A DNA stretch of 48,210 nt from Minisyncoccia bacterium. Its GTDB lineage: Bacteria; Patescibacteriota; Minisyncoccia; Phycocordibacterales; UBA9973. The stretch spans positions 1-48,210 of the forward strand of contig JBAQFC010000002.1 in the NCBI GenBank assembly GCA_049287045.1, read 5' to 3'. The notes beneath the pieces were generated by a model that was not told the origin of the DNA, did no database searches, and saw nothing but the letters and a program-made list of their open reading frames with translations. The position numbers were made by a program, and so were the translations under genes. The first letter of the stretch is position 1. Each line of letters starts with the position of its first letter. Shown here one piece after another: positions 22,497-31,157 of this stretch.

Positions 22497-24260
22497 ATGG
22501 AAAATTTCTATAGTCGCATACGCAATTTAAAATTGCCTAAAAAGCACGATATAAAGTCGGCCCTTTCCTACTTTTCAAAAAAAGAGTGGCTTATTTTTAC
22601 TGGTCTCACAATAGTTCTATTTGTTAGTACAATTGCAATACTAGAAAATATCAACAAATCTTTTATGGTTAATGTTCCGATGCAAGGAGGATATATTTCC
22701 GAAGGAATCATCGGTGCTCCACGTTTCGTAAACCCGGTACTAGCACTATCTGATGCTGACCGTGATTTGGTTTCTCTTATTTACTCTGGTCTTATGAGAA
22801 AAAGTCCTGACGGCACTCTAGTACCAGACTTGGCAGAAAAATATGAAGTTTCCAAAGATGGACTAGTTTACACTTTTACTTTAAAAGATAAGATATATTT
22901 CCATGATGGAAAGCCAGTCACTACTGCTGATATATTTTTTACTATCAGTGAAGCTAAAGACCCTGTTATCAAAAGTCCAATAAAAGGCAATTGGGATGGT
23001 GTAAGTGCTGAGATAATAGATGCGAAAACAATAACATTTACCTTAAAAAGACAATACGCATCATTCTTGGAAAATACGACTGTTGGTATTATGCCTGAAC
23101 ATTTATGGAAGAACTCCCCTATTGAACTTAATGAAGTAAATACGAACCCAATCGGTTCAGGACCTTACCAGGTTTCTAAAGTCAGTAAACAATCATCAGG
23201 AATTATAGATTATTACGATCTTTCACTTTTCAAAAATTTCGCACTTGGTAAACCATATATAAAAAACATAACATTAAGATTTTATCCAAACGAAAATGAT
23301 CTTGTTTCCGCATTACAAAATGGAAAAGTAAATCAAATAAGTTCTATCACTCCAGAAAATGCTGAAATGTTAAAAGAAAAAGGTTTTCGAGTAGAATCAA
23401 GTGTTTTACCTCGTGTCTTTGGTTTATTTTTTAATCAAAATCAAGCTCAAATATTTACTGACAAACACGTCGTTGAAGCTATCGACCAAGCAATAGACAA
23501 AGACCGAATAGTTACACAAGTTTTACAAGGTTATGGAGTAGTTATTAATGACCCTATTCCACCAAATATGATCGCGTATCAAAAGTTGAGTGGAGAGGAC
23601 AAAACATCACACGAAGAAAGACTGCAAAAAGCACAAAATATTTTAACAAAAGATGGTTGGGTTAAAGGTACAGATGGATTTTTGGAAAAGACCATTGTCA
23701 CTAAAGTTAAAGGAAAAACAACAAAAACAAAAACGATTTTAGAATTTTCAATTTCTACAGGAAACGCACCTGAACTTTCCCAGACCGCTGAACTTATTAA
23801 GGAAGACTTACAAAATATAGGTATAAAAGTCGATGTAAAAACCTTTGAAGTAGGAAACCTAAACCAATCAGTCATACGTCCACGTAAATATGACGCACTT
23901 CTTTTTGGTCAGATAATAAACCACGAATCAGATCTTTTTGCTTTTTGGCATTCATCTCAAAGAAATGATCCTGGTTTAAATATCGCAATGTACACCAACA
24001 CCAAAGTAGATAAATTATTGGAAGATGCATTAATAACATTAGACGAAAAAAATCGCGTTAAAAAATATGCAGCCTTTGAAGATGAGATAAAAAAAGATTT
24101 GCCAGCTGTCTTTGTCTATAGTCCAGATTTCATATACGTTGTGTCCAATAATTTAGAAAATATTTCAATTGATCACATTGTATCCCCTTCGGATCGTTTC
24201 CTTAATTCATATTTATGGTACACCGAAAAAGACAACGTCTGGAAAATATTTTCTAAATAA
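22497..24260 (+). CDS. ABC transporter substrate-binding protein, family 5 (OppA/DppA-like), TM-anchored
   Basis: N-terminal TM. DGTLVPDLAEKYEVSKDGLVYTFTLKDKIYFHDGKPVT and the overall length are typical of SBP_bac_5. Confidence 0.8.
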   Translation: MENFYSRIRNLKLPKKHDIKSALSYFSKKEWLIFTGLTIVLFVSTIAILENINKSFMVNVPMQGGYISEGIIGAPRFVNPVLALSDADRDLVSLIYSGLMRKSPDGTLVPDLAEKYEVSKDGLVYTFTLKDKIYFHDGKPVTTADIFFTISEAKDPVIKSPIKGNWDGVSAEIIDAKTITFTLKRQYASFLENTTVGIMPEHLWKNSPIELNEVNTNPIGSGPYQVSKVSKQSSGIIDYYDLSLFKNFALGKPYIKNITLRFYPNENDLVSALQNGKVNQISSITPENAEMLKEKGFRVESSVLPRVFGLFFNQNQAQIFTDKHVVEAIDQAIDKDRIVTQVLQGYGVVINDPIPPNMIAYQKLSGEDKTSHEERLQKAQNILTKDGWVKGTDGFLEKTIVTKVKGKTTKTKTILEFSISTGNAPELSQTAELIKEDLQNIGIKVDVKTFEVGNLNQSVIRPRKYDALLFGQIINHESDLFAFWHSSQRNDPGLNIAMYTNTKVDKLLEDALITLDEKNRVKKYAAFEDEIKKDLPAVFVYSPDFIYVVSNNLENISIDHIVSPSDRFLNSYLWYTEKDNVWKIFSK

Positions 24261-24309
24261 AATATAAAAAAATTATAAACTAATTAAATTAAAAGTAACA
24301 AAAACAAAA

Positions 24310-26274
24310 ATGATAAGAAAAAAAACAACATCGTCTTTCAGCTCAGTGAGCATTGAAGACAAAAAACAAGAACACACTAATGTCGAACAAAAAATAATAA
24401 ATCCTGTGGCTTCTAGAATAGAACACAAGACCGAGCGCCCACCAATGCATGGTGCTCCAAACAAAAAATTTCAGCCTAAAAATTCAACTTTCCAATTTTC
24501 AAAATTTGGCAAGAAAAGACCAGCTAGACAATCCCCACCCCCAGGTGGAAGATTGCCGACAAAAAGAAATTTGGGTGAAAAAGTTTCACCAATGGCGACC
24601 GGCAATATCCGAATCGTTCCTCTAGGAGGAGTAGAGGAAATAGGAAGAAATATGACTGCAATCGAAGTCGGTAACGATATTATTATTATCGACGCTGGTT
24701 TACAAATGAAAACAGCCGATACTCCAGGTATCGATTATATTATTCCAAACACAAATTATCTTGAAGAGAGAAAAGACAGAATCCGTGGAGTAATCATTAC
24801 TCACGGACACTTGGACCACACAGGAGGAATCCCTTACGTTATGGAACGTATCGGTAATCCACCAATTTATTCTCGCTATTTGACGACTATCATGGTCCAA
24901 AAGCGCCAAGAAGAATTTCCACAAGCACCAAAATTAAAAATAGAAGTAATCGAAAAAGAAAATAGAATCAAACTTGGTGATACTTATATCAGGTTTTTCG
25001 GAGTGACACATACTATTCCAGATTCAATGGGTGTTATTATTGAAACCCCTTACGGTGTTATCGTAAACCCAGGAGACTTCAAACTGGAACACACTGACAT
25101 GATACCGTCTGAGAAAGAGAAAAGTGAGTATGGAATATTCGCAAAAGAAAATGTCCTACTTCTAATGGCTGATTCTACCAACGTAGAGAACCCAGGTTTT
25201 TCTACCCCAGAACATTTAGCCCAAAAAGGTCTTGAAGAAATAATAAAAAGATCAACAGGACGACTCTTTATCGGTACATTTGCTTCACAAATGGAACGAA
25301 TGATGAAGATAATCGAAATTGCTGAAGGCCTTGGCAAGAAAGTTGTCATTGAAGGACGAAGTATGAAAAATAACATTGAAATACTAAAAATAGTAAATCT
25401 GTTAAAAGCAAAAAAAGAAACCTTCATAACACTAGAAGAAATGGTAAATTATCCAGATAGTAAAATCGTCGCACTCTTAACAGGAGCACAAGGAGATGAA
25501 TTCGGTGCATTGATGCGTATTTCAAATCAAAGTCACCGACAATTAAAATTACATAAAGGAGACACAATAGTCTTGTCTTCATCTATCATTCCTGGTAACG
25601 AAAAAGCAGTTGAAAAATTAAAGGATAACCTAGCAAGACAAGGTGCAAAAATAATCACCTACCGTACTTCTGATGTTTATGTTCACTCAACCGGACACGG
25701 AAATGAAGGAGAACTAAGATGGATGCACCAACAAGTAAAACCTAAATTTTTTATGCCAATTCACGGTAATCATTACCGCCTGCAACTTCACAAAGACCTT
25801 GCAATGTCTCTAGGCATGAGTGATGAAAATATTATTGTACCTGATAATGGATCAATCATTGAAATACAAGATGGAGGAAAGAAAATAGTAATGCTAAAAG
25901 AAAAAGCTCCTTCATCCCCTATGATGGTGGATGGTTTCGCAGTCGGTGATGTGCAAGATGTCGTCATTCGAGACAGAGTTATGCTCGCTCAAGATGGTAT
26001 GTTTGTTATCATTGCACTAGTAGATCAAAATACTGGTAAATTAAAAAAGTCCCCTGATCTAATCTCAAGAGGATTCGTTTATTTGAAAGAAAACCAAGAA
26101 CTTTTACGACAAGTAAGAATAATTATTAAAAAAACAGTAGAAGATGCAACAGTCAATATGAAACCAGTTGATTTCGACTTTATCAAAAACAGTGTCGGTG
26201 AAACTGTTTCAAAATTCCTTTACCAAAAGACAGCCAAGCGTCCTCTTGTTATTCCAGTAGTTCTAAGCGTATAA
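24310..26274 (+). CDS. rnj: ribonuclease J with a basic N-terminal extension
   Basis: Metallo-beta-lactamase motif ITHGHLDHTGG, beta-CASP region, HSTGHG, and the RNase J C-terminal domain. About 95 aa of Lys/Pro-rich leader. Confidence 0.85.
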   Translation: MIRKKTTSSFSSVSIEDKKQEHTNVEQKIINPVASRIEHKTERPPMHGAPNKKFQPKNSTFQFSKFGKKRPARQSPPPGGRLPTKRNLGEKVSPMATGNIRIVPLGGVEEIGRNMTAIEVGNDIIIIDAGLQMKTADTPGIDYIIPNTNYLEERKDRIRGVIITHGHLDHTGGIPYVMERIGNPPIYSRYLTTIMVQKRQEEFPQAPKLKIEVIEKENRIKLGDTYIRFFGVTHTIPDSMGVIIETPYGVIVNPGDFKLEHTDMIPSEKEKSEYGIFAKENVLLLMADSTNVENPGFSTPEHLAQKGLEEIIKRSTGRLFIGTFASQMERMMKIIEIAEGLGKKVVIEGRSMKNNIEILKIVNLLKAKKETFITLEEMVNYPDSKIVALLTGAQGDEFGALMRISNQSHRQLKLHKGDTIVLSSSIIPGNEKAVEKLKDNLARQGAKIITYRTSDVYVHSTGHGNEGELRWMHQQVKPKFFMPIHGNHYRLQLHKDLAMSLGMSDENIIVPDNGSIIEIQDGGKKIVMLKEKAPSSPMMVDGFAVGDVQDVVIRDRVMLAQDGMFVIIALVDQNTGKLKKSPDLISRGFVYLKENQELLRQVRIIIKKTVEDATVNMKPVDFDFIKNSVGETVSKFLYQKTAKRPLVIPVVLSV

Positions 26275-26288
26275 ATACGCAAAATAAA

Positions 26289-27437
26289 ATGAATATAAAT
26301 AGAAAAATAGTATATTTAGCTGGGTTTTTATTTTCTATTCATTTGGCGTTAACTTCATACATTAACTCAAGTTTTCTACAATCTTTTATTAAAGAAAATT
26401 ATATTGGGTTGGTTTATGTAGCGGCTTCTGTTATCACAATTCTGGGCCTCTTGATGATGCCAAGACTTCTTCGACGCGTCGGGAATAGAAGAGCGACCCT
26501 GATTTTTGGTTTAGTCTGTTTGGCCTCACTCCTAGGACTTTCCTTCTTCAAACAAAGTTCTTTAGTAATTTTTTCATTTATTGCATATTTTGCTGCAGGA
26601 AACTTTATTATCGCTAGCCTAGATATTTTCATAGAGGAATTTTCTAAATCAAAAAACATCGGTAGACTTCGTGGCCTCTTCTTGGTTATTACAAACTCAG
26701 CATGGGTTGTAGCTCAAGCAGTTTCTGGTTCTATTATAGCCAAGAGCTCCTATCAAGGTATTTATCTATTTTCAGCTATATTTATGGCGTTAGTAGTAGG
26801 AGTGGTCATTATGTTTCTAAAAGATTTTAAAGATCCTTTATACAAAAAAGTTTCATTTTTAAAAACATTCAAATTTTTCCAGCAGGATAAAAATATTTCA
26901 AAAATATACTTTATAAATTTTATATTGAAATTTTTTTTCGCCTGGATGGTAATCTATACCCCTATCTTCTTGCATGAATATATAGGTTTCGGTTGGGATA
27001 AAATAGGTATTATTTTTATGATAATGCTTTTACCTTTTATTCTTTTGGAATTTTCTCTTGGTAAACTTTCTGATAAGACTGGAGAGAAAAAAATGTTACT
27101 TTGTGGTTTTTTAATAGCTGCATTTTTTACTTTTATAATTCCTTTCATTGGAAAACCAAACTTAATACTCTGGGCAATCGTTCTTTTTGGTACTCGTGTT
27201 GGAGCTGCAATAATAGAGGTTATGTCTGAGAGTTATTTCTTTAAGGTTGTAGAAGCTGAGAGAGCAGATGTTATTGGATTCTTTAGAAATACTTATCCGC
27301 TCTCATATATTGTGGCACCTCTCCTGGCTGTACCAATTCTTTTTCTAGTTCCCTCTTTTGATTATCTTTTCTTTATTCTTGGAGCTGTAATGCTTTATGG
27401 ATTTTTTATTACTCTTCGATTAAAAGACGTAAGATAA
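26289..27437 (+). CDS. MFS-type transporter
   Basis: About 12 predicted TM helices. RRVGNRR-type loop between TM2 and TM3. Confidence 0.65.
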   Translation: MNINRKIVYLAGFLFSIHLALTSYINSSFLQSFIKENYIGLVYVAASVITILGLLMMPRLLRRVGNRRATLIFGLVCLASLLGLSFFKQSSLVIFSFIAYFAAGNFIIASLDIFIEEFSKSKNIGRLRGLFLVITNSAWVVAQAVSGSIIAKSSYQGIYLFSAIFMALVVGVVIMFLKDFKDPLYKKVSFLKTFKFFQQDKNISKIYFINFILKFFFAWMVIYTPIFLHEYIGFGWDKIGIIFMIMLLPFILLEFSLGKLSDKTGEKKMLLCGFLIAAFFTFIIPFIGKPNLILWAIVLFGTRVGAAIIEVMSESYFFKVVEAERADVIGFFRNTYPLSYIVAPLLAVPILFLVPSFDYLFFILGAVMLYGFFITLRLKDVR

Positions 27438-27442
27438 ACTAT

Positions 27443-27481
27443 AAATACACAGATAACGCCTTAGGAGCTATCTGTGTATTT
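27443..27481. terminator. bidirectional terminator between convergent genes
   Basis: AAATACACAGATA-loop-TATCTGTGTATTT. Confidence 0.65.
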
Positions 27482-28097
27482 ATTTAGCTATATAAAAAAA
27501 GCCAAGTAAAACCGCAGTGATATTTAATACTATGTGTGACAGAGAAACAAGTAATAGATTGGGATACTTGATATATAACCAAGTAAAAAAAATACCGGAC
27601 ACAAAAGCTATAGGTAGTCCTATCCCAATGTTTGGGTAAATTATATGAATAAGGGTAAACAAAAGTGCATTTACAATAATTACGGTATAATCATTACTAA
27701 AAATTTCTTTTAATCTTGGTACAAGGAAAGACCGGAAAGCAAATTCTTGAAAAAAAGAAATTGGTATAAAGAAAGCGAAAGTTTTAATATAGAATGCTCT
27801 TGTATCTATGTCTGGTAGATTCACGTTGTGTTCAATAATAAAAAGAAAAATAACACCTAGAAAGGTAAAGAATGCATAAGCTGGTAATGCTTGTTTGAAA
27901 TTATGATGTTCTAAACCCATATCCTCATGGGTCCAATTTTCATGTCTTATTATTCCGTAGATAATAAGAGAATCAATCAATAATAAAAGCATCCTCAAAG
28001 AGGACGGAACAATCTTGAAATAAAGTAATGCCACAGGCAAAACAAAAATTAAAAAAGTTTGTAGGATTATTAGTCTTTTAGATGGTATATTGTTCAT
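27480..28097 (-). CDS. CPBP-family (CAAX-type) intramembrane protease
   Basis: Motifs QEFAFRSF (EExxxR-like), FTLIHI (FxxxH), and HIVLN. Confidence 0.75.
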   Translation of the reverse strand: MNNIPSKRLIILQTFLIFVLPVALLYFKIVPSSLRMLLLLIDSLIIYGIIRHENWTHEDMGLEHHNFKQALPAYAFFTFLGVIFLFIIEHNVNLPDIDTRAFYIKTFAFFIPISFFQEFAFRSFLVPRLKEIFSNDYTVIIVNALLFTLIHIIYPNIGIGLPIAFVSGIFFTWLYIKYPNLLLVSLSHIVLNITAVLLGFFYIAK

Positions 28098-28230
28098 TTA
28101 CAATACTATTTTAACACAAATATGTTATTTTTGATTCAAAAAAAATATCAAGGACTACCCTCCATATTTTGTTGAATATTTATGGTTTAGAGTATACGGA
28201 GGCAACGCCTCCGTATCCTCCGTATTTTGT

Positions 28231-28845
28231 TTATTTTTTATATTCTGAAATCTTTCCTGCTTCCCTTTCTATTTCATCTGCTTTGCGTAATTTTTTAAAA
28301 ACATTTTTTGGCGCAATATCATAATGTTTTATATTGTCTAGTTCTTCATCAATTCCCCAAAGGTCACCGTCCTCTAGGACCCAATCATTTTCAAAAATAT
28401 TTAAATTAAGAGGTGTAGAATATCTGCGTAAAGTTTTCACACCATTATCTAAAAAATATTCATGAAAATATGACATGACGAGTTCACGGATATTTTTATA
28501 GACCGGTTCGCGATAACGCAATACAGCATGGTTGGTTTTTGACAATGCCCCCCAAAGACCATCCTGCTGGAAAGGCACAACGACATGGTCAAAATCCTTC
28601 TTTTGTACGGCTTCCAGGTGCATTATAAGAGGTTTATATCCATGCAACGATAAAATATACGCTCCTAAAATAGCACCCTCCATACAATGCGCATTCCCTG
28701 CTCGCATTGTCATAATGGGTGATTTTAAAGTTTGTTTGCCGTCTGTTTCAAAATTAAAATTTAAAACATTCAAAAAATCCTGCACCTTTGAGGGTGTGTT
28801 TAATTTCCTGAATAAAGCTTCTTCTTTTTTAGTAAAAAAATACAA
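28231..28845 (-). CDS. hypothetical protein, possible transglutaminase/cysteine-peptidase fold
   Basis: Candidate Cys (AHCMEGAILGAY), His and Asp (DFDHVVV) residues in the expected order. The family assignment is tentative. Confidence 0.45.
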   Translation of the reverse strand: MYFFTKKEEALFRKLNTPSKVQDFLNVLNFNFETDGKQTLKSPIMTMRAGNAHCMEGAILGAYILSLHGYKPLIMHLEAVQKKDFDHVVVPFQQDGLWGALSKTNHAVLRYREPVYKNIRELVMSYFHEYFLDNGVKTLRRYSTPLNLNIFENDWVLEDGDLWGIDEELDNIKHYDIAPKNVFKKLRKADEIEREAGKISEYKK

Positions 28846-28847
28846 GT

Positions 28848-29372
28848 TTATTTAATAAAACTTATTTCAACATGACTCACTGCTTGAGGTTCACCGGTAA
28901 AAGAAATTTTTGAATCAGTTTTTTTGAAAGTTTCATGAATTTTCTTGCCTAGTTTTGCAGCAAGCTGGTCGTTGTTTGTAGTTACTGTAAAATTACCTCC
29001 TTGAGTTTTGACATCCATAATTCTATCTTGTGGATTTCTATCCAAAGCACGTCTTCCGAAACCAGCAATAAGGTTAAAAAGTTCTTCACGAGTTTCAGCT
29101 GGAACATTTTTGATACTGATTTTTCCACCAAACAAATTTCCTTTTTGCATCTTACAAGCAGGACACAAATTGAAATGTACTCCAGTGCCGGAAAGCTTGG
29201 TATCTGTTATTGGTGCACTGCCTGGCTTATGCCATCCCTTCTTGAAATAAACATCATGACAAACTTCGCAGACGATAACACCCTTTTCTGCTTTGCCGTA
29301 TTCATTACCTCTCAATTCTGTTTTACTTTTAATATTTCCAGAACCACCAGCTGCGCTAAAATTCTTTGCCAT
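28848..29372 (-). CDS. zinc-ribbon protein, NMD3-like (BCAM0308-type)
   Basis: CEVCHD...CPACK four-Cys ribbon followed by an alpha/beta domain. The stop lies 3 nt upstream of the start of the 28231..28845 gene. Confidence 0.55.
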   Translation of the reverse strand: MAKNFSAAGGSGNIKSKTELRGNEYGKAEKGVIVCEVCHDVYFKKGWHKPGSAPITDTKLSGTGVHFNLCPACKMQKGNLFGGKISIKNVPAETREELFNLIAGFGRRALDRNPQDRIMDVKTQGGNFTVTTNNDQLAAKLGKKIHETFKKTDSKISFTGEPQAVSHVEISFIK

Positions 29373-29422
29373 ATGATTTAAATTTTATTATTTTTAATAC
29401 TTAAATTATAACAAAAATGACT

Positions 29423-29460
29423 CACAAAAACAAAAGCCCCCGACCTACTGGTCGGGGGCT
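29423..29460 (-). terminator. strong terminator after the small basic ORF
   Basis: Minus strand: AGCCCCCGACC-AGTA-GGTCGGGGGCT followed by TTTGTTTTTG. Confidence 0.8.
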
Positions 29461-29468
29461 TTTAAAAA

Positions 29469-29534
29469 CTATTTCTTTTTTTCTTTCTTTGGTTTCTTTG
29501 TTTCTTTTTTATGAGCATTATTTCCTTTTGCCAT
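29469..29534 (-). CDS. candidate 21-aa lysine-rich small protein (MAKGNNAHKKETKKPKKEKKK)
   Basis: ATG-to-TAG ORF ending 8 nt before a strong terminator. Below the ORF-track length cutoff. Confidence 0.35.
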   Translation of the reverse strand: MAKGNNAHKKETKKPKKEKKK

Positions 29535-29662
29535 TTATTTTAGAGAATCACACTGAACAGTGTCGAAAGAAAGTTCAATATAATCTTCAAATTAAATTAA
29601 TAATTTTGACCTAGTACTATTTTAACATAAAACTAATATTAAAATAAACTTAAACTCCTAAA

Positions 29663-30118
29663 TTATTGAAAAGTAATATCAAAAGGATACATGCCCATAC
29701 CGCAAGTACCTTGTAAAACAGAAACTTTTTGTATGCCTAAGTCTATGTCAGTATTTCCAGAAATAGGTAAATTCTGACTTATGTCCAGGCTAGGAATCCT
29801 AAGGACAGAAGTGCAATCAAAAGTTCCGTTCGTATTCATACGAATAATAGTTGGAATTCCTGCTTTAGCAATACTATGTACTGGACGATATCCACCCTTG
29901 GCTTTTATCTCAATAATCTGTTTGCCACCTACAACGGTTACATTGTTAATATTTTCAACAATTTTCTCTTCTACTTCCCCACTTGTTTTAGGTGATGAAT
30001 TAGTAAAATAAATGGCACCAGCAATAACAAAACCGGCAACTAAAATAGAAATCATGACCGACATATTTGCTTTAGTTTCCGGTGTCAAAAAAGATTTTGT
30101 TTTTATTTTTGTTTTCAT
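29663..30118 (-). CDS. membrane-anchored cupredoxin-like domain protein
   Basis: N-terminal TM. C-terminal GTCGMGMYPFDITF resembles the Cupredoxin_1 pattern. Last gene of the cop operon. Confidence 0.6.
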   Translation of the reverse strand: MKTKIKTKSFLTPETKANMSVMISILVAGFVIAGAIYFTNSSPKTSGEVEEKIVENINNVTVVGGKQIIEIKAKGGYRPVHSIAKAGIPTIIRMNTNGTFDCTSVLRIPSLDISQNLPISGNTDIDLGIQKVSVLQGTCGMGMYPFDITFQ

Positions 30119-30135
30119 ATTTTTATTCTAACATA

Positions 30136-31155
30136 TTAGAAATTAAAAACTGGAGGCAGTATACCAACTACAACCAGAGCATTAATAAGATTAAAAATAG
30201 CAAAAAGAATAACTATTAGACCTGCTGTCTTAAAGAATATTCCAGATTTAGAACTTTTTTGAATTGAGAAAGAACTAAAAGACAACAAACCCAGGACTGG
30301 GAGAGTACCAAGAGCGAACGCAAGCATTGTAAATGCTCCTTGAGTAAAACTTCCAGTTGAAAGTGAGTATATCTGCATTGATTGGGTAAAACCACATGGC
30401 AAGAAAAAGGTGGCAATACCAACCAAAAGAGGAGTTAGACTGTGACTTAATTTTGAGACACCCAAAGCATGCTTAGAAAGAAACTTCGGCATACCGGGTT
30501 GTAGTTTCTTGGCCCAAGGAAAAACATCAAGTAGGTTGATACCTAGGATCAACATTACTAAACCAATAATCAAACCGAGGACAAAAGTCCCGAAAGTTCC
30601 TAATTGAAAAGATGCACCAAGCATACCAATCACTCCACCTAAAACGAAAAAGGAAATAATTCTCCCCACATGAAACATTATTTGAGGACGAACCTTATCA
30701 CCTTCTTTAGCAAAAGAAGCAGACATTGAAAGAACCAATCCTCCAACTACTGCCATGCAGGTAGAAAGTGAAGCAATAACCCCAACAACAAAAGATGTAC
30801 CATAAGTTACCTTGTTTGTATTAATCAAATTCACCAATCCAACCTTCTGCAAGAAAATATAAAGAGCAATAAACGCAAATGTGACCGGGATAGCAATTTT
30901 AAACTCACTCCAGTTTATTTTCTTTTCTTCTTTTTCCACTGATACTCGATAACCATGTTTATTTAAAACATCATTGAATTCTTTTACAATTTCTTCGACA
31001 CTTTTCTCGCCAAAATCCCCTTCTACTTCCATCGTGTGATTGGCTAGATTTGTTTTAACTTTTTTAACATGCACCAAGTCTGCAATCTCACTTTCTGTCA
31101 TCATCACACAAGCTTTGCAATGCATACCGTGTACATGAAATTTATATTTTTTCAT
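30136..31155 (-). CDS. HMA-domain fusion to a DsbD_2-type polytopic membrane protein
   Basis: N-terminal GMHCKACV heavy-metal-associated motif. TM region with LSTCMAVVGG and FFLPCGFTQ Cys motifs. Confidence 0.7.
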   Translation of the reverse strand: MKKYKFHVHGMHCKACVMMTESEIADLVHVKKVKTNLANHTMEVEGDFGEKSVEEIVKEFNDVLNKHGYRVSVEKEEKKINWSEFKIAIPVTFAFIALYIFLQKVGLVNLINTNKVTYGTSFVVGVIASLSTCMAVVGGLVLSMSASFAKEGDKVRPQIMFHVGRIISFFVLGGVIGMLGASFQLGTFGTFVLGLIIGLVMLILGINLLDVFPWAKKLQPGMPKFLSKHALGVSKLSHSLTPLLVGIATFFLPCGFTQSMQIYSLSTGSFTQGAFTMLAFALGTLPVLGLLSFSSFSIQKSSKSGIFFKTAGLIVILFAIFNLINALVVVGILPPVFNF

Positions 31156-31157
31156 AA

